In this document: in pieces, positions 1 to 10,300 of the stretch | Numbering within the stretch: position 1 is the stretch's first letter | Layout: each line of letters begins with the position of its first letter | Assembly (NCBI GenBank): GCA_045655765.1 | Contig: JAZOQA010000046.1 | Location: 1,586-65,585 of the forward strand | DNA: 64,000 bases | Source of the DNA: Eubacteriales bacterium | GTDB taxonomy: Bacteria > Bacillota > Clostridia > Oscillospirales > CAG-272 | Direction of reading: 5' to 3' | Made by a program: the position numbers and the translations under genes | Notes under the pieces: generated by a model | What the model was told of the DNA's origin: nothing | Seen by the model: the letters and a program-made list of their open reading frames with translations, nothing else | Database searches by the model: none

Positions 1-2
1 CG

Positions 3-452
3 AAAAAGCCCAAACATTACGTTGAGGTAAAGAACCCGCCAAAAACAACAAGAGAAAAACTCGCACGCCCACAAGACGCAAGACAAATGCAATATAATAG
101 GTGGAGCAAACGATATAAAATGTATTCCGGGTCGTATTTGCCCAACGATCACTGCGAGTTGCCGAAAAAAGGATGGAGAAAGAAAAAAGCAAGCGATGAT
201 AAGCATCATATATACCAACGAAAAAGCACAAACCAAACAGTACGCCACGATGACGAACGAATCAAAAAAGATGGTTCAACAGTTCCATCGCACTGGCACT
301 GGTTGGTGTGGTGGAATCCTTTTTTCGGAAAGAAGATGCGTAAGCGTTTCAATAACGCCAAAAAAAGCGAGAAAATCTATTACAACAAATACGGCGACAA
401 GGTTTCGCAAAATGACAAGGGGCATCATATTTACAAGGAGAAACAACGATGA
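3..452 (+). CDS. 3' end of a larger ORF that runs off the left edge. It has a very basic C-terminal tail, possibly an HNH/EndoVII-type (AHH/GHH-like) polymorphic-toxin nuclease domain.
   Basis: Frame 3 is open from nt 3, with no stop before the listed Met at 87. The product is K/R-rich and carries DKHHIY and KGHHIY motifs. Its TGA stop overlaps the next ATG (ATGA at 449-452). Confidence 0.4.
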   Translation, partial: KKPKHYVEVKNPPKTTREKLARPQDARQMQYNRWSKRYKMYSGSYLPNDHCELPKKGWRKKKASDDKHHIYQRKSTNQTVRHDDERIKKDGSTVPSHWHWLVWWNPFFGKKMRKRFNNAKKSEKIYYNKYGDKVSQNDKGHHIYKEKQR

Positions 453-859
453 CATACGAAAAATACTGTGAGCTATTTCCTTATTCTTTTCATGACGGAT
501 GTGCAGATCATGCCAAATACCAAGCTGACAATCTCGAATTAGTGATAATGCGTTGTCCGGGCGAGCCTAAAAACGAGGAGGACGAAAATTCAAGATACTT
601 AAAATTGACGTTTACTAACGTTACCGATTTTTGGATTTGGAACGATGACAAATGCTGCTTAAATGACGATATGTGGGAGGAAATGTGGATACCGATTGAT
701 ATCAACGGCATTGGAGATACGTTATCTTCGTTTTTACCCCATTATATCGGCGAAAGCGATTTTATAGGTGGACGGGTTGTGTTTGACGAGTGCCTTCGCT
801 TTAAATGTGATGATATCATTATTCTTGAGTCCCGTGCACTGAATGAAAACGACGTATAA
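449..859 (+). CDS. Small acidic cytoplasmic protein (136 aa), putative immunity partner of the upstream toxin-like tail
   Basis: The 4-nt ATGA start/stop overlap with the upstream ORF indicates translational coupling. The protein is acidic, Cys/Trp-rich and has no signal peptide. I recognise no family. Confidence 0.5.
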   Translation: MTYEKYCELFPYSFHDGCADHAKYQADNLELVIMRCPGEPKNEEDENSRYLKLTFTNVTDFWIWNDDKCCLNDDMWEEMWIPIDINGIGDTLSSFLPHYIGESDFIGGRVVFDECLRFKCDDIIILESRALNENDV

Positions 860-1073
860 ACTCACATATAATCTATGCGTTGAAAATATGCGAATGGCAA
901 ACACGAGATCAACGGTGCTGAAGAAGATATAAAAATCTCTGCAGATGACGAGCAGATTGCTGAAGAAATTACGTAAGATGCTTACAACAAGTAGCTTCCA
1001 CTATCGCATAGGTTTTGTCAAGTTCGAGCTCTTCACCCCTCGCAAGCATCTTTTTTGTCGCCCACAGACAAAG

Positions 1074-1111
1074 CACGGAATATCCACCAGGGCATTCCGT
1101 GTTTTCTTTTT
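1074..1111 (+). terminator. Rho-independent terminator with no annotated gene directly upstream
   Basis: Stem CACGGAAT (1074-1081) pairs with ATTCCGTG (1094-1101), followed by TTTTCTTTTT. Confidence 0.6.
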
Positions 1112-1192
1112 ACGCAATTTCTTGTCAAGCAGAGAAAGAGGGAGAGAGAGGCTTGCGTGACGGCTCTCCCGAGTATATCCTTTTCTTAACAC

Positions 1193-1221
1193 TTGAAAAC
1201 TTCAATTTTTTTTGATATAAT
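1193..1221 (+). promoter_or_regulatory. Sigma-70-type promoter of the MFS transporter gene
   Basis: TTGAAA (1193-1198), 17-nt spacer, TATAAT (1216-1221), about 30 nt before the ATG at 1253. Confidence 0.5.
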
Positions 1222-1252
1222 ATATTTATAATTCTTTTTAAGGGGATCTTAT

Positions 1253-2548
1253 ATGAAAACAAGGCTTGGCGCTCGGTTTTGGGCGGCACTTACGCTTTTC
1301 GGTCTTTTCGGGCAGATTGCGTGGGTTGTGGAAAATATGTACTTAAACGTCTTTATGTACAAGATGTTCGGGGCGTCGGCACAGGACATTTCGGTTATGG
1401 TTGCGGCAAGTGCCGTTTCTGCCACGCTGACGACTGTGCTTATAGGCGCACTTGCGGACAAGCTCGGACGGCGTAAGATATTCATTTGTGCGGGCTACAT
1501 ACTTTGGGGCGTGTCGATACTCGGCTTTGCTCTTTTGCGTGAGGGAATAATAAAGGCAATCTTCCCTGCGGCGGCATCGTGGTCTGCGGTGGCTGTTACG
1601 CTGGTTATCTCCCTTGACTGTCTTATGACATTTTTCGGCTCAAGTGCCAACGATGCGGCGTTCAACGCCTGGCTGACCGACTCAACCGATTCGACAAACA
1701 GAGGTGCGGCAGAGGGCATCAACTCGATGATGCCGCTTGTTGCAATACTTGCAGGGTTCGGCGGATTTATGGCATTCGACCTTAACAGAGCAAGCAGCTG
1801 GACCTACATTTTCATCATCATCGGTGCCATTGTTATAGCTGTAGGTGTGATTGGCATCTTCCTCATTAAAGAGCCTCTCACAGAGAGAAGCTCCGAGCCT
1901 TATTTTAAGACGGTTATATATGGCTTTCGTCCCTCTACCGTAAAGAAAAATGCCTCGCTTTATTTTTACCTTGCACTTTTCATTCTCTTTAATATTTCCA
2001 TTCAAATTTTTATGCCGTATTTGATTCTTTATTACGAGGTTTCGCTCGAAATGACGAATTACGTATTCATTATGGCACCCGCAATAATCGTTGCATCTGC
2101 GGTGACTGCAATTTGGGGCAGAGTTCTTGACAGTCGCGGCTTCACCTTTTCCGTTTGGTTTGCACTCGGGTGGCTTTTGGCAGGCTACGTTCTTCTGTTC
2201 TTCTTCAAGGGGACGGCGCTTGTGTTCGTCGGCTCGCTTCTTATGATGTGCGGATATCTTTCGGGAATGGCGGTCTTCGGTGCAAAAATACGTGACCTCA
2301 CCCCGCAAGGAAAATCGGGAATGCTTCAGGGTGTCAGAATCTTCGCCCAGGTGCTTGTGCCCGGTGTTGTCGGTCCGTTCGTTGGCAGCTTGGTTTTAAG
2401 AAATGCAAAAACGCTTATAAACAATGACGGAACGGAATCGTTTGTACCCAACGCATACATTTTCCTGGCAGCATTTGCGGTGGCGGCGGTGCTTTGTGCC
2501 ATTTTGGCTTTTGCAGAAGTAAGAGCAAGACGCAAAAAGGACGGTTAA
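1253..2548 (+). CDS. MFS-family transporter, about 12 TM segments
   Basis: The 431-aa product is hydrophobic throughout. It has the MFS loop motif GALADKLGRRK after TM2, and a GGGGA RBS precedes the ATG. Confidence 0.8.
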   Translation: MKTRLGARFWAALTLFGLFGQIAWVVENMYLNVFMYKMFGASAQDISVMVAASAVSATLTTVLIGALADKLGRRKIFICAGYILWGVSILGFALLREGIIKAIFPAAASWSAVAVTLVISLDCLMTFFGSSANDAAFNAWLTDSTDSTNRGAAEGINSMMPLVAILAGFGGFMAFDLNRASSWTYIFIIIGAIVIAVGVIGIFLIKEPLTERSSEPYFKTVIYGFRPSTVKKNASLYFYLALFILFNISIQIFMPYLILYYEVSLEMTNYVFIMAPAIIVASAVTAIWGRVLDSRGFTFSVWFALGWLLAGYVLLFFFKGTALVFVGSLLMMCGYLSGMAVFGAKIRDLTPQGKSGMLQGVRIFAQVLVPGVVGPFVGSLVLRNAKTLINNDGTESFVPNAYIFLAAFAVAAVLCAILAFAEVRARRKKDG

Positions 2549-2562
2549 CATTTTAAATAGAG

Positions 2563-2598
2563 AACGGCGAGAGCAAATAATGCTCTCGCCGTTTTTTA
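2563..2598. terminator. Bidirectional terminator between the convergent MFS and lipoprotein genes
   Basis: Stem AACGGCGAGAGC / GCTCTCGCCGTT with loop AAATAAT and a T-run at 2592-2597. Confidence 0.6.
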
Positions 2599-3999
2599 CT
2601 GTTCTTTTGCATAGCAGAAAAGGAACATCCAAGCGTTGTCCTTGTTTATTTTTGACCAATCGTCACCGAAAATGTTTGTCGCACTGTTTTCGGAATCCTG
2701 CCACCAGCCTGCATTTGTACCGTGATTTTTAATAGCTGTTATAAGGTTGTCATCAAGCGGATATACACCGACACCGCCGTTTGCAACCTTTGAGGCTTCA
2801 ACGTAGCGGAGCATCATTGACTGATATGATTCCTTTCTGGCAATTGTGCCGTCCTCTTTGTAAATTACGGCACGGAACCAGTCGGTTTCGGTAATTTTTG
2901 CAACGGAATCGATATATTTCGATGCTATATCGATTTTGACAAGCACGACAGGACCGTCCTTTGTCATATGGTGGTAGTATCCGTCATTTTTATTATATAT
3001 GATTTTAAGGTTGGGGTCTGTAAGGTCAAAGTCCACAAGCGTAGGGGTGCCCCCCTCAGGAGCGTAAAGCTGGGGATTCGCCATAGTGCCGACCTCGGTC
3101 CAAGGAATGTCCTCAAAATCCAAAACGTGGTCACCGACGCGCTCAATTTTGAGAGTTCCGACACCTGAATTGAGCTTGCCCTTAATTCCGATAACGTAGG
3201 GGGTTGCCTCGCTTGTGTCGGAAGCGAGGTGACGCTGTGCTACGTCAATCAAAATCGTAGAGCGGTCAACTCTGTCATCCTCGGCGGTTATATCGTTTGC
3301 AAAAACGTTTATAGGAGCACCGTAGTATCCAAGCTCAACAGTCGTGTCCGCTTCTATTGTAATACGGTATATTCCCGTCTTTTCTGCTCTGAATACGAAA
3401 TAAGTATATTCCTCGGAGGAAAACTGCGTGCGGTAATGGTCCGCCGAAATTGTATATGCCGTTTTGTTGTCGGCTATATTAACACCTGCGATAGGCTCTG
3501 TGTTTGAAAGCCCACGGCTTACGGTAACGGTTGCCGTTCGCTTCTCGGGAGTGAGAGTAGCTTCGCTTTCATTCCAGAAAATCTGCGAGCCGTTTGTCGT
3601 TGCCAATTCTATTCTGTAATTTTCCGGCGGGAGTTTTTTTTGTGTCTTTCCGTCTGCTCTTGTAAACAAAAAGCCAACCTGCTCCTCCCCCTTGTAAATG
3701 TAAATGAGAATGCCTTCAACAGGGTTTCCCGCACCGTCTAAAACGCAAATTTCAACGAAGTCGGGGTCACGGTAGGAGCATTCGGTACAAATGCCCGTGG
3801 AAAAGGCGTGGGGAGCAAAGTCACGAGCCTCGTGTCCGCAGGTCGAAGCGTGCCAATGTCCCGCCGCATTGCTCGACCAGTCACTTGCGTACGTGTGAGT
3901 ATGAGGGGCAGCTTGAGTGCTTGATTCGCCGTCACCGCAAGAGGCGAGCGTCAGGCTTAATGCAAGCAAGGCGAAAAGAAGAAAAAGAAATTTCTTCAT
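2596..3999 (-). CDS. Secreted lipoprotein (467 aa) with an N-terminal His/Cys-rich module, a prealbumin-like domain, a PPC-like beta-sandwich and a C-terminal DGYYH...CY module. It is a short paralog of the next gene.
   Basis: Signal peptide plus lipobox LTLASC. The HTHTY...GHWH..TC.H....H.F..G.C..C motif is encoded at 3772-3903. Motifs GIYRIT and DGYYHH are shared with the ORF at 4091-7048. Confidence 0.8.
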   Translation of the reverse strand: MKKFLFLLFALLALSLTLASCGDGESSTQAAPHTHTYASDWSSNAAGHWHASTCGHEARDFAPHAFSTGICTECSYRDPDFVEICVLDGAGNPVEGILIYIYKGEEQVGFLFTRADGKTQKKLPPENYRIELATTNGSQIFWNESEATLTPEKRTATVTVSRGLSNTEPIAGVNIADNKTAYTISADHYRTQFSSEEYTYFVFRAEKTGIYRITIEADTTVELGYYGAPINVFANDITAEDDRVDRSTILIDVAQRHLASDTSEATPYVIGIKGKLNSGVGTLKIERVGDHVLDFEDIPWTEVGTMANPQLYAPEGGTPTLVDFDLTDPNLKIIYNKNDGYYHHMTKDGPVVLVKIDIASKYIDSVAKITETDWFRAVIYKEDGTIARKESYQSMMLRYVEASKVANGGVGVYPLDDNLITAIKNHGTNAGWWQDSENSATNIFGDDWSKINKDNAWMFLFCYAKEQ

Positions 4000-4090
4000 A
4001 CAATTTAATCTCCTGATTTTTGTAGCGATGCGACCGAAAAAACGGTCGCATCACGGTATTTTTCTTTGATTTATTACACTTTTCGACAGA

Positions 4091-7048
4091 TTATGCCTTT
4101 TGTGGACCGTAGTAACGGTAGCAGTAGCAAACCTTGGTCCAAGAATTCTTAACACCCGAGAAGGACATTGAATCGATAAGTGCTTGGAGAATCATTGCAA
4201 GCTCCTCGTCAACGGCAACACAGCCGCCAAGATTGGGGTCGCTTGTTCCATCCAGCATTTTCGTTGCTACGATTTCAAGCATTCTTTCGGTGTAATCGCC
4301 GTGATAAATACCAAGGCGGAGGTCTGCAATTTGATAAAGTGCAAAGTTCTCTTCAAATTTCTCGCCCCAAAGTGCACGAAGCTCGTCATCGGTCATCTTG
4401 TCATAACCCTTGCTTATTGCCTCGTTGTCAAGTGCACTGGTTACGAAGTTGAACGAGCCTTGGTTAATAAGGCTGGGTCCGCTTGGGTCAGCGTAATTGT
4501 AGATTGCACCGGTCGGGAACATCGCTGTATACATTGTGAAGTCTGCATAAACAATCTCACCGAGGGTTCCGTCCTCGAACAGCTCGTGATAGTAGCCGTC
4601 ATCTCCGAGTGCAACGTCTATGCCTCCTGCGAAAAGAACGCCTGTGATGTTGCCGCTTTCGTCAATCTCGGAGGAGAAGTATCCGGGAGATGCCGCCGCA
4701 AAGAGCTTGAAGCTCTCTCCGACGTATTCAATCTTGAACGAGAACTCACCCATTTCGGTGACCTCGTGGAATGCGATGTCGATGTAGTACTTTTCACCCG
4801 CTTCCATATAGTAAACCATAGAAACGTTGCTATAATCAGTCCAAAGACGCTCTATGTTGTCGTAAACGAGCAGCTCGTTGCGGTTTTCATCAAAAATCCA
4901 GCCGTCAACCTCGGAAAGAGAATTTGACGTGATACGGTAAACTCCCGATTTTGTGGGAATGAACTCGTAATAGAGTCCTCTCGGCATTATAATTCTGTCG
5001 TAGGATACCTTGTTAGGGTAGTAGTCGTCGGGATCGGATTCAGTGTTTTCAACCGTGGGGAATGCGGATTGAGGAGCAAGACCCTGAATGGGGTTGACAA
5101 GCTCTTTTCCGCCTGTGCCGTATGCATCGTAGTACTTGCAGATTTCAAGCCAATCGTTTTCGTTGTAGAGACCCTCTCCCGCAACGTCTGCGGTGATTTT
5201 CAGAAGCTCTGCAAGCTCCTCATTGACGGTGCAAAGTCCGTAAATAGAGGAATTGGAGGCATAGGAGAAATATTCCAGAAGCTCATTGTAATAATCCTTG
5301 CCGTTCTTTACTATTTTGCCATTTGCCGCAAGGGTATATATCGAATCCTCGGAGCTGAAATTGGTGTAGGACATCAAATCAGCAAGAAGGAGGGGACCTG
5401 TGGCACTGTTTACGTGATAATAGCCGTCATCACCTAAAACGGGGGTGATATACTCCTTGAAGCCTTGGGAATAGGGCTTGGTTGCCGCCTCACGCTGAAT
5501 ATAAGAGGGTGTTTTTATGTCATCTACACTTCCTGCTCGAAGACTCTTAATATAAACAGCATCGTCCGACACGTTGTCTGAGTCGTCCTTGGCATAGATG
5601 AACGTAACTTTGTACGTACCCGCTTCCTTTGCAACGTATGCACAGCAGGTACGCCACTCGTTGTTGTCGCCGGAGATTGCTACAATATCAACTCCGTCAA
5701 CAAGCACGTACATTACGTCATTAATATATTCGGTAGCTGACCAAAAATCAAAAATGAGAGCCTGATTTTCTTCAAGATAGACGTCTGCGTGCATTGTTGC
5801 AAAGGATTCGTCCTTCATTGAGTTCATCGGCTTGACGCAGGGGTACCCGTCCTTTTCTGTGGTTGCAAAGGGCCAGGAATACTTCCAATCGGAGCTTTCA
5901 GTCTCGGGGTAATATGTGACGTTTATCTCTCCGGAATTTAACACGCCCCCTATGGTCTCGCTCGATTCCATCTCAATATTGCATTCCTCACGGGGGAGGA
6001 GTTGCTCCTTGGTTTCGTAGATTACCTGCTTGTAATCATCCGCACTCGACTTTGAGAAAAGTGCTTCAAAAATACGCTGAGGAAGTCCGCCTGAGGCAAG
6101 GAAGGTTATGGTTCCGTATCTGTCTATAAAAACAGAGGTGGGATAGCCCGTAAGACCGAAGCACTGTGCCAAGGTCTGACCGCCGTTTACAATATCAAAG
6201 GTAAGTCCAAGCTGTGAAACAAGACTGTTGATTTCCGCATCGGTTTCACCGAGAGGGTCAATAGCAATAACGGAGATGTCGTCCTTATACCTTTCATAAA
6301 CAGCCTCAAGTCCCGGGAACTCCTCAAGGCACCATTTACAGGTCGTGTACCAGAAGTTCAGAAGCACGCCCTTTTTGCCGCCTTTAAGAAGCTCGGAGAG
6401 GCGGAGCGTTCTGCCGTCAACGGTTTTGAACGAGAAGTCGTACATAATGTCGCCAAGCTCGTAGCTTTCATTCTTGTAATCGTTTTCGGTTTCCGCAGGT
6501 ATTACGGACGATTCGAGAACTATGGGCGTGTCCTTGCCGAGGAGCTTGTAGCCCTCATTGCGGTTGTTGTAGCCCTTGGGAACGGAGGTAAGCATTGCAG
6601 TATAGCCCGCACCCTGCTCTGCCGCAAAGGTCAGTGCTACGGTGCCATTGGAATCCGTTGTTCCGAATGCTACGGGAGCGGTGGGGTTTGCATCGTTTAC
6701 TACAAATACGGTTACGTTGCTAAGAGGCATACCTCCTATGGTCGTGACCGTTATGTTATAGGTGGACTGTGTCGGAGGGGTAGTAGGCTCCGGACGTCCG
6801 CAGACGGAGCAAGAGCCGTCCTTGAAGCTATGTGTCTGATAGTCCGAGGTAAGATTTGCGTGCTCACACGTTGCGGGATGCCAATGTCCCTCGTCATTGC
6901 CCACCCACGCCGAGGAATACGTGTGAGTGTGCTGGGGTGTGACCTCGCTGCCGTCCTCCTCGCCGCACGCAATAAGCGTAGCTCCGAGGGTAGAAACGAG
7001 CATAACACACGCAAGCAGCAGTGCGATAAGTCGCATTGTTTTTTTCAT
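4091..7048 (-). CDS. Large secreted lipoprotein (985 aa) carrying the His/Cys-rich module, a prealbumin-like domain, a TlpA/ResA-like thioredoxin domain (CKWC), beta-sandwich domains and two DGYYH...CYY modules
   Basis: I place the start at the ATG at 7048 (MKKTMRL...), which follows the RBS AAGGAGA, rather than the track's 7117. Lipobox LIAC. The redox motif WYTTCKWC is encoded at 6329-6340. The His/Cys module is at 6797-6931. Confidence 0.8.
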   Translation of the reverse strand: MKKTMRLIALLLACVMLVSTLGATLIACGEEDGSEVTPQHTHTYSSAWVGNDEGHWHPATCEHANLTSDYQTHSFKDGSCSVCGRPEPTTPPTQSTYNITVTTIGGMPLSNVTVFVVNDANPTAPVAFGTTDSNGTVALTFAAEQGAGYTAMLTSVPKGYNNRNEGYKLLGKDTPIVLESSVIPAETENDYKNESYELGDIMYDFSFKTVDGRTLRLSELLKGGKKGVLLNFWYTTCKWCLEEFPGLEAVYERYKDDISVIAIDPLGETDAEINSLVSQLGLTFDIVNGGQTLAQCFGLTGYPTSVFIDRYGTITFLASGGLPQRIFEALFSKSSADDYKQVIYETKEQLLPREECNIEMESSETIGGVLNSGEINVTYYPETESSDWKYSWPFATTEKDGYPCVKPMNSMKDESFATMHADVYLEENQALIFDFWSATEYINDVMYVLVDGVDIVAISGDNNEWRTCCAYVAKEAGTYKVTFIYAKDDSDNVSDDAVYIKSLRAGSVDDIKTPSYIQREAATKPYSQGFKEYITPVLGDDGYYHVNSATGPLLLADLMSYTNFSSEDSIYTLAANGKIVKNGKDYYNELLEYFSYASNSSIYGLCTVNEELAELLKITADVAGEGLYNENDWLEICKYYDAYGTGGKELVNPIQGLAPQSAFPTVENTESDPDDYYPNKVSYDRIIMPRGLYYEFIPTKSGVYRITSNSLSEVDGWIFDENRNELLVYDNIERLWTDYSNVSMVYYMEAGEKYYIDIAFHEVTEMGEFSFKIEYVGESFKLFAAASPGYFSSEIDESGNITGVLFAGGIDVALGDDGYYHELFEDGTLGEIVYADFTMYTAMFPTGAIYNYADPSGPSLINQGSFNFVTSALDNEAISKGYDKMTDDELRALWGEKFEENFALYQIADLRLGIYHGDYTERMLEIVATKMLDGTSDPNLGGCVAVDEELAMILQALIDSMSFSGVKNSWTKVCYCYRYYGPQKA

Positions 7049-7314
7049 TTTCGTCTCCTTTTGGTTTGAACTAAAATTCGTTTTATGCAAAAAAACGCAA
7101 AAAGCGTATAAAACCACGATTATATATTATCATATTATAATTTAAGAGTCAATATACAAAGGTGACAAATTTTAGTGTTTTAAAGTGCTAAAACGTTGTT
7201 GGATTTTTACAAAAATATTATAATATCTTGTTTTTGAATATATTTTATAGTATAATATTTTGTGCGTGGTTTTATTTATTTTAACACTGTAATTAAAAGA
7301 AAGGATATAAATGA

Positions 7315-10300
7315 ATGAAAAAAACCAAAAAGCTGATTATGTCGATTAGTCTTGTGCTTCTTGTGGTGATGCTTGTCACTACAGTGGGCATTCCGACCGC
7401 ATCGGCAACAGATGGACTCGTTTCACTTGGAGAGTCCCCTGCCATCAATCAACTTGACGGCATTGACATCGATGAAAGTGACTTCTTTGCACCATCTGCG
7501 GTAACAAAGGTGCCGCAAGGACTTGATCCTGACGAAAAGGTTTCGCTCATCGTACAAATGAAAGGAGATACACTGCTCGACGCATACAATGCGTCGAAAA
7601 CGCCCTTGACCTTCGGTGAATACTTTAACACAAGTGAGGCAAAGGCGAAGATGGAGCAAATCTCCAAGGAGCGTTTAGAGCTTATCTCCGCGCTTGAAGA
7701 TGCGGGAATAAGCTACAGCGAGGGAGACGAATATACAACTGTTATGAGGGGCTTTGAAATCACCGTCAGAGCAAAATATTATGAGGAAATCCAAGCACTC
7801 TTAATGGGAAAGGCAAGGGTTATACTCGGCGACGAGTATCAGCTCTCCGAAACGAAATACGTTGAAAACAAGGTTGACGTTTACGAAACAGGCATCTTTG
7901 ACAGCTCCGAATTCCCCTACGACGGTGAGGGAATGGTAATTGCGGTCCTTGACACAGGTCTTGACTACTACCATTCCGCATTCAACAACTTCACCGTCCC
8001 CGAGGATAAGCTTGGGCTTACCTTTGACGAGGTTGCCTCGCTCATTGGCACAACCGCCGCTGCGGGAATACAGCCGGGGCTTACGGCATCCGACGTTTAC
8101 ATAAGCTCAAAGGTTCCCTTTGGCTTTGACTATGCAGACTACGACTCGGACGTTTATCCTCTTCGCAGCCATCACGGAACTCACGTTTCGGGAATTATTG
8201 CGGGCTTTGAGGAAAAGGACAATTTCGTTGGCGTTGCACCGAATGCACAGCTTGTGGAGATGAAAATATTCTCCGATATTCAGGACACCGCACGCTCGTC
8301 GTGGATACTTTCGGCACTTGAGGACTGCGTAATTCTCGGAGTTGACGTAATCAACCTTTCGATAGGAACGTCCTGCGGCTTCTCTACCGAATCGGAAAAG
8401 GAAGCACTTTCGGGCGTTTACGACGCTATCAGAGGCGAGGGCATCAGCCTTATAGTTGCGGCATCGAACTCCTTCAACTCCGGCTACGGCTCGGAGAAGA
8501 ACGGTAACCTCGACCTTAACTCCAACCCTGATTCAGGTACGATAGGCTCGCCCGCTACTTACAACGGTGCGCTTGCCGTTGCTTCGGTTGAGGGCGAGAA
8601 AAAGGCATACCTGCTCTATAACGGAGCTATCGTATATTTCAACGAGTCCACCAGCCGTGGCGGCGACGAGAAGAACTTCGTCAAGGAGCTTCTTGCAGCC
8701 TCCGGCAAGGATTCTGTTGACATTGAATTTATAAAGGTGCCCGGCGTAGGACGTAAGGCAGACTACGGAACAATAAAAGAAGAGATAAAGGGTAAAATTG
8801 CTCTTGTCAGCCGTGGCTCAAACACCTTTGAGGAAAAGGTAAATACCGCACAGGCTATGGGTGCAGCAGGCATTATAATTTACAACAACGTCTCCGGTGA
8901 CATTCTTATGAACGTCGGAACGACGACCATTCCCGCCTGCTCGATTTCGCAGGACGACGGCGAAATGCTTGCTAAAATCGGTAGAGGAACTATAAGAATT
9001 GCAAAACAACAGGCGGCAGGTCCGTTCATCTCCGACTTCTCCTCCTGGGGTCCCTCTCCCGACCTTGAACTGAAGCCCGAGGTCACCGCTCACGGCGGCT
9101 CGATTCTCTCAGCTGTCCCGGGACAGGACTATGACAGAATTTCCGGTACTTCAATGGCAACGCCCAACGTTGCAGGAGTCGTTGCCCTACTCCGCCAGCA
9201 TATAAAGACACAAAACCCCGGTATATCCTCCGTTGATTTGACTGCAAGGATTAACCGTCTGCTTATGTCCACCGCCGATATACTTTACAATATGAACGGC
9301 TTGGCGTACTCCCCGAGAAAGCAGGGTGCAGGTCTTACGAACCTCAATAATGCGGCGTATACCACAGCTTACATTCTCACCTATGACAGAAAAGACGGCT
9401 CCGTGATGGATAAGTCTAAAATTGAGCTTGGCGACGACCCGACAAGAAGCGGCGTATACACGCTTGTATTCACCGTTGACAACTTTGGCGACAAGACGCT
9501 GGAATTTGACGTTTCCACTTACGTTATGACCGAGGGCGTCAGCGAAACCAAGACAAGCCGAGGCGAGACCACCGTTACTCAGGACGGATATCTCCTTGAG
9601 GGTGCGGACATCGTTACGAAGCTTGTGAGCGGCGGCTCACTTTCGGGCACAAGGCTCACTGTAAGTGGCGGCAGCAAGGCTACGGTGGAAATAACCGTTA
9701 CCCTCTCTGAGGAAAACAAGAAATATCTTGACGAGTCCTTTGAAAACGGAATGTACGTCGAGGGCTTTGTAACTCTCGATAACGTCGAAGAGGGCGGAAT
9801 CGACCTCTCCGTTCCCTACCTCGCATTTTACGGCGATTGGACCGAGGCTCCCATATTCGATATAGACTATTATGAAACTAACAGGGACGAGCTTGACGAG
9901 TCCTTAAACGACGAGGACAAGACTCTGCCCGACGCTTACGCTACACGTCCTATAGGCGGTCTTTCCGGCGACTACGTCGGTTACCTCGGCTCGTTCTACT
10001 ACGACCAGAAGCCCGGCTCCGACAAGATTTCCGCCGACAGAAATCACATTTCCCTCTCAAACCAAGAGGATGCAATAAACTCCTTACGCTACATCTGGAC
10101 GGGTATGCTGCGTGGTGCGGCAATGGTTGAAATCACAATTACCGATGACTCGACCGGCGAGGTAGTATACTACACCACAGACGAGTACGTAAGAAAATCG
10201 TACAGCGACGGCGGTGCAATGATTTACCCCGCAAACGTTGACGTTGATTTCAGTGCAATCGAGCACAATCTTAAAAACAACACGAAATACACAGTAACTA

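Noticed and set aside
4000-4090. The hairpin GATGCGACCG-AAAAAA-CGGTCGCATC between the two lipoprotein genes, considered as a terminator.
   Set aside because: On the coding (minus) strand it is not followed by a U-run. It may attenuate or stabilise the transcript, but I cannot call it a terminator. The two genes may be co-transcribed.
4184-4927. A 247-aa plus-strand ORF inside the large lipoprotein gene. Similar long antisense ORFs occur at 10084-10560, 13342-13857, 17146-18147, 21611-22162, 24072-24668, 29966-30556, 30666-31250, 40117-41040, 45721-46746 and 53815-54471.
   Set aside because: All lie fully inside, and antisense or out of frame to, genes with clear family motifs. Their products are low-complexity and Cys/Arg/Val-rich, and they lack an RBS. 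They are shadow ORFs.
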